A program made the position numbers and the translations under genes. A stretch of 61,707 nt of DNA, counting the filler, from Jimgerdemannia flammicorona (lineage: Eukaryota), in NCBI GenBank assembly GCA_003990765.1. It is 2 parts of 2 records of this genome, joined end to end, with 100 filler letters (N's around TTAATTAATTAA, not from the genome) between each part and the next. Parts side by side here need not be neighbours in the genome. Positions count along the whole stretch, not along the records: positions 1 to 30,814 come from RBNJ01000424.1; 1 more part is not named here. One strand, written 5' to 3'. The notes below the pieces were generated by a model, which had not been told where the DNA came from, ran no database searches, and saw nothing but the letters and a program-made list of their open reading frames with translations. Each line of letters opens with the position of its first letter. The stretch's first letter is position 1. Positions 1 to 11,130 of this stretch are shown here, piece after piece.

Positions 1-48
1 AGTTATTTAGACTTCTGTCTTTATTAACACATTATCTATCCTCTATAT

Positions 49-202
49 TATTGAAATATATAGGTTACAACTCAATATATGGTGGCGCAGCCTTCCTTGA
101 CTATGTCATCATGTAAATGTCACTAATTGTGATGCATAAAAGCATATAAGAATTAGCAATAAATAGTTTGCTTGCTCCCTCCATTCTAAGTATTCCACAA
201 TA
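49..202 (+). repeat. Copia 5' LTR (154 bp)
   Basis: Direct repeat of 4979-5132. Termini read TATTG...CAATA, i.e. TGTTG...CAACA after transitions. Confidence 0.95.
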
Positions 203-205
203 AAA

Positions 206-217
206 GGTTATGAGCCC
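206..217 (+). promoter_or_regulatory. Primer-binding site GGTTATGAGCCC (internal/half initiator tRNA-Met type)
   Basis: Lies 3 nt after the 5' LTR and matches the GGTTATG(A/G)GCCC PBS known from copia and Ty5-type elements. Confidence 0.85.
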
Positions 218-268
218 CGCTTAGTGGCTATATACCCCTCTTATACATATGCTATACTACACTATACA

Positions 269-3200
269 ATGACTACTAGTCCAAGCAGTGCTAGCAGTGC
301 ACTGCCAAGTTCTGGTAACATGAACACAAACACAGCTGGAATGGGTTTCACTTCCATGATGACAAACATTCTGGCAATGGCGCCAATGTCAATGGTAAAG
401 AGGATGATTCCTGTCTTTGACGATAAGGACTATGCCATATGGGTATACCATATGAAGAATCTCCTAGAAGAATGTAGTTTGGAGGACTACTGGAAGCCAC
501 AGGTGTAAGTAACGATATATGATGCTGTGAAAGATCACAAAGCACTAAGGGAGATTATGTTCACCCTTTCGAATATGCAAATGAAGCTAGTAATCAATGC
601 TATGACAGCAAATGAAGCCTGGGAGATTTTACGCAATCACCATCAACAGGCATCCACATCAAACAGATTCCACTTAAAGGTGCAACTATTCAATCTTCAA
701 ATTAAGTCCAAGGAGAGCATCTGGGACTATGCCAATCGAGTCGACGAGCTGGCAAATCAAGTGAATTCCTTACATCTATGCTGGCGGACACCATCAAGGA
801 TGAAGACAAGGTCCTGGCTCTTATACAAGGCCTTCTCGAAGCATACAATGTGGTTGTCACTACTATGAGGGAATCCAGCAGATTATCAGATTATAAGCAT
901 GTCGTCACAAGCCTTTTAAACAAGGAAACAAGGCTAGGCAGCAACAACACCAATGAGGAATATGACAAGAAAGTATTCTATGGTGGAGCACGTGGATGAG
1001 GCAAAGGTAAGCTGAACAAAGGTCAAGGCCAGCAACGCGAGAAATTTGATGGTAAATGCTTTTACTGTAATAAGTGTGGACATTGTGAGCAGGACTGCAA
1101 CCGCAAGAAGAAGGAAAAGGGTGACCAACAGCAAGGACAACAGCAGGCAAATGCGGTGGATGCCAACAATGAAAACAGCAGTGGTGGAGGTCTATTCTTC
1201 GCAGAAGCGGTGACCTATCCATATGCAGAAACCATTGAAATAGGAGGAAATTCGGAACCAACTGCCAGTTCCACCAATGTCAGTTGCAGAGGCAATTCCA
1301 CCAATTCAACATCTACAAATCCTGGTCAACAAAACACTTTTCAGACAGTGAAAAATAGTGATGTCAATATTGGTACCAGCGCAAATGTAAGCTATATGCC
1401 GAACAGCACTTATGCATGCAGTGAAGAGGTCTGGCTCATGGATTTGGGTACAACACAGCATATGACGGCTCACTGGGAGTGGTTCTCTATGTACAAGAAG
1501 TTTGAGCATCCCATACCTATCAAGCTAGGTGACAATAATGTCATTTATGCTCAAGAGAAAGGCAACGTAGACATACATCTACATGGAAACATTGATGAAC
1601 CTTCAGGCACCTTCGTGGATATATTATACACTCCAGATATAGGCAAGAACCTCTTCTCAATAGGCCGGATAATGGCTTGCAGGGACAGAGGAGTAAATAT
1701 ATACCCAAATGGTATAATGGTAATCAATCTGAAGAATAATAAGGAGTTAATGTATACATCAAAAAAGGGAAATCTATATGCAATCAATGGCATGCCAAGT
1801 GGTGCATCATTCACATATTCTGCAACTATGACTGGAGAGGATATCTGGCGTATATGGCACGAATGCTTAGGATATATTGGCAAGACGAGCCTGGAATGGA
1901 TGATAAGGAGTAAGTCCGTATATAGTTTATCAGACTATATGCCACCAGATTTCTTTTGCGATGGATGTGCAGCAAACAAGGCTTCCCAGCAACCTTTTCA
2001 GGAATGAACAAAGTGAGTGGCTGGCATTCTCGATTTGATTCATATGGATATTTATGGCCCCATGTGAATGGCATCACACTCCGGGAAGAAGTATTTTATT
2101 ACATTCATTGATGATTATATATGCAAAGTCCATGTATATTTCATTGCAGGGAAAAATGAGGCATTCGACAAATTCCGGGAATTCAAGGCAGCTGTGGAGA
2201 ATGAGATGGAATGTAGAATACGAACCCTATGCTCAGATAATGGCAAAGAATACATCAACAAAGGTTTCAGACACTTCTTGAAGAAGAATGGTATATAGCA
2301 CTCTATGATAGCCCCTTATATACCTTAGCAAAACAGCATAGCGGAATGATTCAATCAAATGGTAGTGGAAATGGCTAGAACAATGATGAATACAGCTGGC
2401 TTATTGAAGTCCTTTTGGGCGAAAGCAGTGAATATGGCGGCATATATTTGAAATCATTGTTTCTCTCGAGCTCTAAGCAAGGATCCCAGCAAGCAATCCA
2501 GGAACGACAGCAATCTTACCCCTGAGGAATTATGGAATGGATCCAAGCCTGACATTTCACACTTACACATATTCGGAAGTGAGGCATACGTTCTGGACAA
2601 AGGTGGCAACTGAGGCAAGTTCGAACCTAAGGCAGATAAGTATATATTCCTTGGATATGATGGAGTGGGATACAGACTTTGGAACCCGCAGAAACGACAT
2701 ATGATCATTTCATGCGACGTATAGTTCAAGGAGACTAAGCAGGAAATTTATGTGGAAATTCCTATCTTGAATCTGATGGTGAATCCAACAATGAATTCGA
2801 CGGTACAGCTAGCGACATCTACACCAACTGCAAAGGCTAGCAGAACAACATCTATATCTGGAACGACACCAAAGACTATGCCAAAGACATCCTTGGGACC
2901 TATGCCAGCGAATGTACTACCCATTCAAATGACAATGAAGTTGCAAGAACCAAGGATAACAGAAATTACAGACAAGGATGATGAAGAGGATACCTCTCTA
3001 AAGGGTAAGAAGAAGTGCAAATCTGGGATAGATAACGAAGTCCAAGCAGATCTGGGAAATTACTGGAACCCACCCAAGTTATCTCGTCACAAACAACATC
3101 ACATGAACTATGCCTGCGAATGCGCTTACATAGTAACGACTGGTGAGCCAGCACACTATGACGAAGCCATTCATTTGAATGATAAAAAGGAGTGGAAAAA

Positions 3201-4721
3201 GGCTATAGATGAGGAGTATAACTCACTCATCGAGAATGACATGTGGGACTTGGTCCCTCTTCCGGCAAATCAACAAGCCATAGGATCCCAATGGGTGTAT
3301 AAAATTAAATGTGATAGCAATGGTGGCATAGAATAATACAAGGCCTGATTCATGGCAAAGGGGTATTCACAAGACTTTGGAGTTGACTATGACAAAACAT
3401 TTTCCCTGGTATTTAAGCTTACTTCGCTTAGAATACTTCTTGTGATCGGAGCCAAGTATGACTATGAGATACATCAAATAGATGTTAAGACAGCCTTCCT
3501 AAATGGAGATGTGGATACCAAACTATACATTCTTCAATCACAAGGATACAAACTCTACAACAATGAGAAGGAGTTAGTATACAGACTATGCAAAGGTCTC
3601 TACAGCATAAAACAGGCGGTGAGGCTGTGGAATCGAAAGATCAACGATTATCTCATAGAAGAGAACAGGTTCAAATGATGCGAAGCAGACCCATGCATAT
3701 ACACTTGTCATCATCCTCAGAAATGGTGTACCTGGAAATTTGGGTTGATGATATCATTCTGGTCGGGATGACAAGTGAGATCAACGAAGTAAAGGTGGCA
3801 TTATACAAGAAGTTCAAGATGACAGATATGAGTGACGCATCTTTTCTTTTAGGGATATCCATTGTATGTGACAGGAGCACGCATACTATACACCTAAGCC
3901 AAGAAGCCTACATTCAGACAATACTCAAGCGATTTGGCATGAGCGAGTGCAAGCCAGTCGGAATACCGATGAAGACATCTGTGAGATTAAAGAAGTCTGG
4001 AACTACGCTCGAAAATAACAACATCCTCTATTGACAAGCTGTGGGATCCCTCATGTATCTTATGCTCGAGATGAGACCTGACATATCATTTGCAGTCAAC
4101 AAAGTGGTGCAATACTTGTCATGCTATGATAATTCACATTAGACGGTGGTTAAGCACATTCTTCGGTATATCAAAGGTACAGCACATTATATGCTCAGCT
4201 TAGGCAACAATGGCAAAAGAGTAAGCAGGAGTACTATAAATCTCTCTGGCATATGCGATGCTGATTGGACTGGCGACTTAGATGACAGAAGGTCTATGAC
4301 TGGATACATCTTTAAAGTAAACAATGGAGTCATTTCGTGGCAAACACATAAGCAACCTTCAGTGGCAACATCCTCTATGCAAGCAGAATATCAAGTGTTG
4401 TCAATGGCAACAAAGGAGGCTATCTGGCTTCGAGAACTGTTAAAGGAGCTGAGATATAAGTAACGGCACTCTACGCTACTCCAGCAAGATAACCAATCAA
4501 TGATTGCTTTGGCGAAAACCCCTATACATTACGCCAGAATGAAACACATTGACATACAGCATCATTTCATATGTGAATGCATGGAAAACGGCACTATACA
4601 CCTTGAATATACCCCAACAGAATATATGATGGCGGATTCATTAACTAAAGATCTTCTAAAGGCAAAGTTTGACTTATGTGTGCAAGGAATGGGTATTACG
4701 GGACTCTACGCTAGTAATTAA
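269..4721 (+). pseudogene. Copia gag-pol polyprotein with multiple stops and frameshifts
   Basis: Zinc knuckle CFYCNKCGHCEQDC (~1057), protease VWLMDLGTTQHM (~1429), IWHECLGY/CDGC, integrase KKYFITFIDD and LCSDNGKEY, RT HQIDVKTAFLNG and IWVDDII, RNase H CDADWTGD..DRRSMTG and KHIDIQHHFI. Confidence 0.95.
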
Positions 4722-4969
4722 GGACAATTCAGGATGAGATAGGATAATAGAGTGACAGCAAGCTTCTTTAATATTGATTCCTGTATTGGTGATTTCTACC
4801 AACATTGCTCATCTACGAATGTTTACATTTCTACTTTTCAACCTATTTTTCGAGCTTTAAGCAGGCAATTCAGGTGTTTTTCGGTTTCTAGATAGCAGTC
4901 TGAACATTGTAGTGAGATTTGCAGTAGTTATAGCTTAGTATTGCAGTTTGGGAATTTGTATATCTTGTT

Positions 4970-4978
4970 GAGCGGGAG
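4970..4978 (+). promoter_or_regulatory. Copia polypurine tract
   Basis: GAGCGGGAG immediately before the 3' LTR. Confidence 0.7.
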
Positions 4979-5132
4979 TATTGAAATATATAGATTACAA
5001 CTCGATATATGGTGGTACAGCCTTCCTTGACTACGTCATCATATAAATGTCACTAATTGTGATGTGTAAAAGTGTATAAGAATTAACAATAAACAGTTTG
5101 CTTGCTCTCTCTATTCCAAGTATTCCACAACA
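4979..5132 (+). repeat. Copia 3' LTR (154 bp)
   Basis: 16 differences from the 5' LTR by manual count, all transitions. Ends in CAACA followed by the TSD. Confidence 0.95.
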
Positions 5133-5235
5133 TATATGATATACTGTACCCACTCATATCCAATTCCCCTACCCAATCCCCCCTAAGAGGACCTCCCCTC
5201 CCTCCCATAAACTACTTGATTATAAATCTCACTAT

Positions 5236-5642
5236 AGTTACCAAATTAGTTACTTATACTTAGTTAGAAATTATAGACCAACTTGTATAAATACTCTCCA
5301 GTTTCTATCTGAAATCAAGTAGTTTTAGTTCAGTCCTTGATATAAGAATCAAGTCTTCTTCTATATATATACATTCCCCTAAGTCTTAGTAATGACATCT
5401 AAGCGACTCTAGTGTTTCTGACTAAACTTCAGAAGCTTAGCTAACTTCTACCAGAACTGAGACTGATATATAAATTACAAAGGCTTAAGTAAACCCATTG
5501 AATCTAAGTTCCAAAATGAATTCAGTCTATATATAGCAAAAACCAAGTCTCTTACAACTAAGGTTGATAAGAAAGATACTGCTGCTATAACTACTTTCAA
5601 GTGAGTGCTTCCTCAAACTGAAGGCTTCTTGGTATATTATTA
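5236..5642 (+). repeat. Possible old LTR remnant
   Basis: AACTTGTATAAATAC at ~5280 resembles the TATA region of the family C LTR (AACTTGTATAAATTAC at ~22732). No termini were identified. Confidence 0.25.
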
Positions 5643-7215
5643 TGTAGTAATCACTGAGTCCTTCAAATATATCAGATTCTCTTCAAGGTGTATCTCTTAG
5701 ACTAACTCAAGTTTATTATACATAAGTAAGTTCTTATTAGAGTATCTATCTAAGGTCTTATAGTCCTCAAACTTCTTATCTTTAAACTATCTTGTTATCT
5801 CTTTAGATTATTTGCAAGGAATTGTATATATTGCACTAAGAAGAACTGACTTTATTTTGAAGGAAATAAGAGGGGTATTTATACAAAATGTAATTCAATA
5901 ATTGCTAAGATATGTATAAAGCTAAATATAAATTCCAATAACCAATAAAATACTGAAACATAGAAAACTACAGTTGTCAGTATAGATTTCAGTATTGATA
6001 CAGATAGTTGTTCAAGTTCAGGGTACTAGTAGAATTCAGTAGTATAGGAAAAGGATGCTGGAAGAATTCTGAGTTACACAAGATCAGAATACTAGCGGAA
6101 GGATTAATGTTATATAGGAAAAGGATACTGACAGAATTCAGTATTACTAAGAACTTTAAAGCAGAATGTTCAGAACCATGGAGGCTTTATTCTCATCATT
6201 ACTGAAGGAGATGAGATCTGTAAACATTTCATCTATCTTATTATATAGGTCATATGTTTCATATATATTGTGTGGAATGATATCATCACCAATGATGTCA
6301 TCATATTTGGTGGTAATAAGGGCTCTCCAATCTATAACATTCTCTTCAACAAAATAAGAAACAAATGTGGAGTCTTGGAGAGATCTAACCTAGATACTGG
6401 GGTCTTGGAATGCTAAGATCAATTCTTACAGGAACTGATCTGGGTTGTTCTGGAGAATAGAATACCAGAACTCTTCTACTTCATCACTATTGAGAGTAAT
6501 AGTGGACTAGACCTCTGTAGCTACTATAGCTTCTAGTGCATTAATATGATGGACTGATAGATCCCTGAAGTCTGAGACTCTGGTATACTCCAAGTTAGAG
6601 ATTGACCATAGTATATATCTGAAGATCTGATGAATCTTCTTGGTTGTCCTTATTTCATATATATCCATGGGAGTGGTATCTTATAGCTCTTGAGGGCTGG
6701 CTTGAGGAAATTCCCAATAGAGGAGGTTTTCTATTTTATATTCTTACCATATATGAAGCCATTCTGTAGTAATAGTGATTCTTGTTTCCATCTCATAGTA
6801 GTAGAGAATATAATAATAAGGGTCACCAGTACCCAGGTTGACACTAGGAGTCCTTGTAGTGTAGGTCCTTATAACTCTTTGGATATCTTGGAACATCCTT
6901 TCCTAGACTGAGAGGCCTTGGTGGTTTCTTGATTTTGAGATTTGGCAGACAGCAGAAATTTTGTTTATAATAAGTCTTTGAGCTATTTCAGGATTAGTGG
7001 GTCTTATTGATTTCTGCTACTGTGATTTCTTGATCCTTCTTTTATATTTCTCAAGATGTTTATATTATAGTCCCAATGACTCATAGTTGGTTATTATTGC
7101 TCATCTTATAGTCTGAATGAGTCATACCATATAATCTTCTTGTGCTCCAATCTGATGGCTTATAAGGAAAGGCTGTCTCTTATACTGATATTATCATTCT
7201 GAGATCACTATTGCA
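5643..7215 (-). repeat. Element B 3' LTR (1573 bp)
   Basis: Direct repeat of 20513-22075, with TG..CA termini. Confidence 0.92.
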
Positions 7216-7984
7216 TCTTTCTCTTGAATAAGAATCTTCTTGAATGTCTTTATTCATTAGTCCAGTCTTGAAAAATTTGCTGATCTCATAACCTCTAGCA
7301 GGGGGTCAAAAAGTGGTATTTATAGGCTGGTATCTTCTCTATATATTTTGGTATGATGGTGAAGGATTGCTCCCTTCATATAGAGCAAGGGCCTGATTCT
7401 GATCTTGACCAATCAGTTGATAGTTTGAACTCCTTGGACTTCAAAAGTCTCATGGATGAGTAGTTGCTAGTACTATATCCCTTAGAGAATAGTCTAGACA
7501 GATTGCCTGCTGGTCACAGATAGTGCTCCCAACAAATCGAATCAAATCGAATTTGGCCCAAACTCGATTCGATTCGATCGAATCAAGGGTCCAATTCGAT
7601 TCGATTTGAATTGAATCAAAGGTCCAATTCGATTTGAAGTTTGATTTGAACCTTAATTTTCAAAATGTAATAACTCGATGAAAACTCATCCGAATTTAAC
7701 GTATTTTAGCTTGTTAGATTCACTGTATTCATGTGATTCTAACAAGCTAAAGTACGTTAGATTTGGATGAGTTTACGCTGAGTTATTGCATTTTGAAAAT
7801 TAGGGTTCAAATCAGACCCTCAATTCGATTCAACTTTCGATTTGATTCGAATTGATTCGAATTGAAAAATCCCCAATTCGATTTGACTCGTTTGAGAGCA
7901 CTAGTCACAGGACATACTATTATGATTTATAGACTAGAACCTTATAGGCAGTCATTATGTTTTACTTCTCTTATATAGGTTCAT
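6156..7984 (-). pseudogene. Element B accessory ORF of unknown function, running from the post-integrase region into and through most of the LTR
   Basis: One minus frame reads ..KILIQEKDAIV..RAIITNYESLG..YEIRTTKKIHQIFRYILWSISNLEYTRVSDFRDLS..KASMVLNILL-stop (6156), broken only by stops explicable as CAA/CAG/CGA C>T changes. The exact start is uncertain, and the region is interrupted by the MITE at 7521-7903. Confidence 0.65.
7521..7903. mobile_element. hAT-type MITE (383 bp)
   Basis: TIR TAGTGCTCCC..AATCGAATT / AATTCGATT..GAGAGCACTA, 8-bp TSD GTCACAGA/GTCACAGG, subterminal (ATTCG)n repeats and an internal palindrome at ~7650-7810. Confidence 0.88.
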
Positions 7985-8769
7985 GATACTTCTTGAGTCT
8001 GTTCCTATATACTATGATAGGAAGTATGGTCTCTGAGAGTTTTCTAAGCCAGAAGGTAGTTCTCTTGATATCTTGCACATAGAACAGTCCTTTCCATTTG
8101 GGCTCCAGTTTTCACAACCATGAGGTTTCTATACAGTAAGACCTTTTCTCTGATTTGGATGGGTTCTAGGGTCTTGTGATTCTTTTCTGCATTCTTTCTT
8201 ATCAGCACTTGTGACTTGATGATGTAATCTTCAGCCTTCTTTCTAATTTGGTGTAGTCTCCAGATTTCTAAGTCAACCTATCTCTAAGTTAGGTCTAGAT
8301 TTGTAGCTGAGATTCCATTGGAATCTTCTTCTCTAAAGAGCAGTTCTCTTGGGGTAAAGTGTGTACTCTGTAACTGTATATCTCATAGAATAGAGAGAGC
8401 AGTTGGGAGATAGTTATCCTAATTCTTGTATGTATCTGAAATCTTTGCCAGAATGTTCTTGAGAGTCTTGTTGGTTCTCTCTGTCTGTCCATTTTCTTGA
8501 GAGTAATACATAGTAGTCTTGATGTGCTGAATCTTATATTTCTGATTAGAATCTATTGACAAATTCTGTACCATAGTCTGTAGTAATTTGCTTTGGTATC
8601 TTGTAGTGATAGATGATTTCTTGATATAGGAAGTTGGCTATAGAGAGAATATTGGCTTCTTGTAATACTTCTGCTTCTATCTATTTGGTAAAGAGATCTA
8701 TAATAACTATAATGTAGCAGTTTCCTGATAGTATTACTGGTAGTGGTCTAATAATGTCTATTACAATGT
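7765..8769. repeat. Left copy of a 1005-bp direct duplication flanking the PLE
   Basis: Colinear with 13059-14063, no indels seen, about 20 differences, all transitions. Confidence 0.95.
7971..8769 (-). pseudogene. Element B integrase, C-terminal part (duplicated copy)
   Basis: KTTMYYSQENGQTERTNKTLKNILAKI and KLEPKWKGLFYV..VYRNRLKKYHEPI-stop. Confidence 0.85.
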
Positions 8770-9087
8770 AGAGGAGAAAGAAGGCCCAGCAGGAGCCAAG
8801 GGAGCAAACCCAGAGCCAGTGTCAAAGTGAACGGAAGATATGTGGAAAAGCATGTATAAGGGGAACGAACAAAGAACGTAACCGAATTTGCATCAGCCAT
8901 TTATTGCTACATAAAAATGCGGTCCTTATACAAAATATGACGTCCCAAAAGGGAGGATGCGCCACAACTCGGGGCGAACCAAATTAGGAACCACATGACT
9001 GCCAGAGATAGGTGGAGATAAAGGGGGAGCTAATCCCAGTTGCAGGATAAAAATCACAAACAAACACAAACAAAACAAATCCAAATC
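8770..9087 (-). repeat. PLE 3' pseudo-LTR
   Basis: Direct repeat of 12234-12553. Confidence 0.93.
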
Positions 9088-9089
9088 CT

Positions 9090-11130
9090 CTCTGGCAGAA
9101 CCGGAGGCACCAGAAGGTGACGAAAATGCAAAACAAGAGCAATGGATTGAAGAAGAAATAGAAGGAAGATGCGAACGAGCAATCAGAGGGCGTCAGGAAA
9201 GAGATGAAAGTCCATGGCATGAAAGAGAAGAGTGCAGGATGGTATCAGGGCATTGAGTGACCCAGCAAGTATGATCAAATGGTACAATGAGAATCGGGAG
9301 TGGGAAAGAAGAGGGGGTACAGAGAGGGTAAGGGGGGAGAGAGGGAAGGGAGGGGGGATAAAGGGGAGAGAGAAGGGAAGAGCGAACAACAGACCATTCA
9401 ACAGAAGCAAGCAGATCGTGAACAATAGAAATAGGGTAGACATGACAATGGACCACAAAGTTGCCAAGAACCTGAACAGTAGACACCCAATCAGAATGAC
9501 GGGAGCAGCATAATGCAAGACGACGAGCCTTACATTCAAGAAGAGTGTGATGAGGATAATTGGACAAGAAGTCAGGGAACTGTTGGGAATGGGGAAAACA
9601 GGAATAAACAACAGTTCGGAAGGGAGAAAGAGAAATGGAAAGGTCCAAAAAGGAGATACTAGTCATACCGTGCACCCAAGTAATAGAATGATGGGGAGGG
9701 TAGATGTCCAGGAACACACTAGGGATATCAATGCCAGTAACAGCGAAGACAATAAAGTCATCAATGTATCAGCAAAAGAAGATATCCCCAGCCCAGAATG
9801 CAATGGAAAGAGGTGAAGTAGCATCACATAATGCATGCAATTCATGGGCCAGGCCAATGAGGTTGGCAAGGGTGGGGGCACATTTCGTACCCATGGCAAT
9901 ACCAGAAGTCTGGTGAAAGGAGCCAAGGGCTGACTCAAAATAATTAGAGCCACAGATGAGGAGTGTAAGCTCAACAATGGAAGCCAGCGAAACTGGGGAA
10001 TCTAAAGGAAAAACCAAGGAACCCAGGAAGCAAAGGCAATCATCGATCTCATCAAAATGAATAGCAGTATAGAAGGAAGAGAAGTCATCAGAGGCCAAAT
10101 GGGAAAAACGGTGAACAGGTACAATGGTGGAGCAGAGAAGGGCGAGCTCCTGAGTATCATGAAGAATAGTATACTCAGGCCCAAGACAGTGTTGTAAGAG
10201 AGCCATCCAGGAGAGAAAGAAGCAGGATAACCACTTTGAAATCTCGGTGGTAGGAGAACTGTAAGCAGCCGTAATAGGACGCCAAGCCAAAGTAGGCTTG
10301 TGAACTTTAGGAAGAGCATAGAAAACCAGAAGAGAAATATCCAGGGAGGACAAAGAGTCCTGGAAGAAGTTAAAAATGGGGTTTGCAAATGGGAAATCCA
10401 AAAGCGATCTAGTGTGAGCCAGAGAAACCCAAAGAAGAGCAAGAACCTCATCCAATCCAAGAGCACTAGGCTTGTAAGCCGTGGCTCGAAGGAGGGCAGA
10501 AAGGCCATCAAGGTAGAGTGACTTAGGAATAAGTGCAAAACCCTGATTCTTATCAGTGACTGTGAGCAAATGCATAGGCAATTGCTTGACCGATTTAAGT
10601 GCAGTATGCATGACACAGTCCGAAACTAAGCAAGAGCGAGCTCATCCAGGAACAGACAGCGAGCAAGCCATGTCGAGGAATATGTAGTGTGAAGAGACAT
10701 TGGGAGGGGGGACCCAATCGCTAGGAACAAAATAGCAAGAGGGCATCTCACCACGATCTTGAAAGAAAATGGCAAGGTCAAGAGCATGATGAAAACATGT
10801 TAGACAAGCCAGATCAGTGAAGGAGAATTGTGAGGGAGTTGCAGGAAAAACAAAGTGAGGACCCAAGGATAAGGCAAAGACTTAAAGGGGAGAAAGGGGG
10901 CAGTTAGCTGAAGAAAAAGGAGGAGACAAAAGAGTTCTATGAGAAGAATAAACCTGAAAGTTCAGGACAAGCAACTGGGAAAGGCAAAGGGGGGACAACA
11001 TGAGGAACCACTCAGGGTGCACCAGAAGCGATGACAGAATCCAAGAAGGGATGGGGACACTGGGGGAGAACCATGCCAGGGGGAAGTTTAAGAGCAGGAG
11101 ACCTTCCTCTTCCCTCTGACTTTTTTTGAA
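9090..11130 (-). pseudogene. PLE ORF2 reverse transcriptase: one frame with four in-frame stops
   Basis: LSLGPHFVFP, TDKNQG, FYALPKVHKPTLAWRPI, SDDFSSFYT, QTSGIAMGTKCAPTLANL, YIDD, ISFLDLSI. ORF-track segments 10642-10866, 9769-10611 and 9193-9717 share one frame. Confidence 0.9.

Larger units (their letters stand above)
49..5132 (+). mobile_element. Full-length degenerate Ty1/copia LTR retrotransposon
   Basis: Paired 154-bp LTRs, 5-bp TSD TATAT (44-48 and 5133-5137), PBS, PPT, and gag-PR-IN-RT-RH domain order. Confidence 0.97.
1..5235 (-). mobile_element. 5'-truncated LINE 3' fragment (1-48 and ~5138-5235), split by the copia insertion
   Basis: The reverse complement of 1-30 reads AATAAAGACAGAAGTCTAAATAACT, matching the terminal motif of the LINEs ending at ~41610, ~48787 and ~61700 (AATAAA..GAAGTCYAAGTGRCT). 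The reverse complement of 5140-5235 (..GGGGAGGTCCTCTTAGGGGGATTGGGTAGGGG..) resembles 48670-48710 in the truncated LINE. The 5' boundary near 5235 is approximate. Confidence 0.6.

Noticed and set aside
10881..10910. Intron-like GCTAAC + pyrimidine tract + AG on the minus strand in the PLE
   Set aside because: The same bases translate as the typical PLE RT N-terminal LSPL(Q)VFALSLGPHF, so a CAA>TAA change is the simpler explanation.
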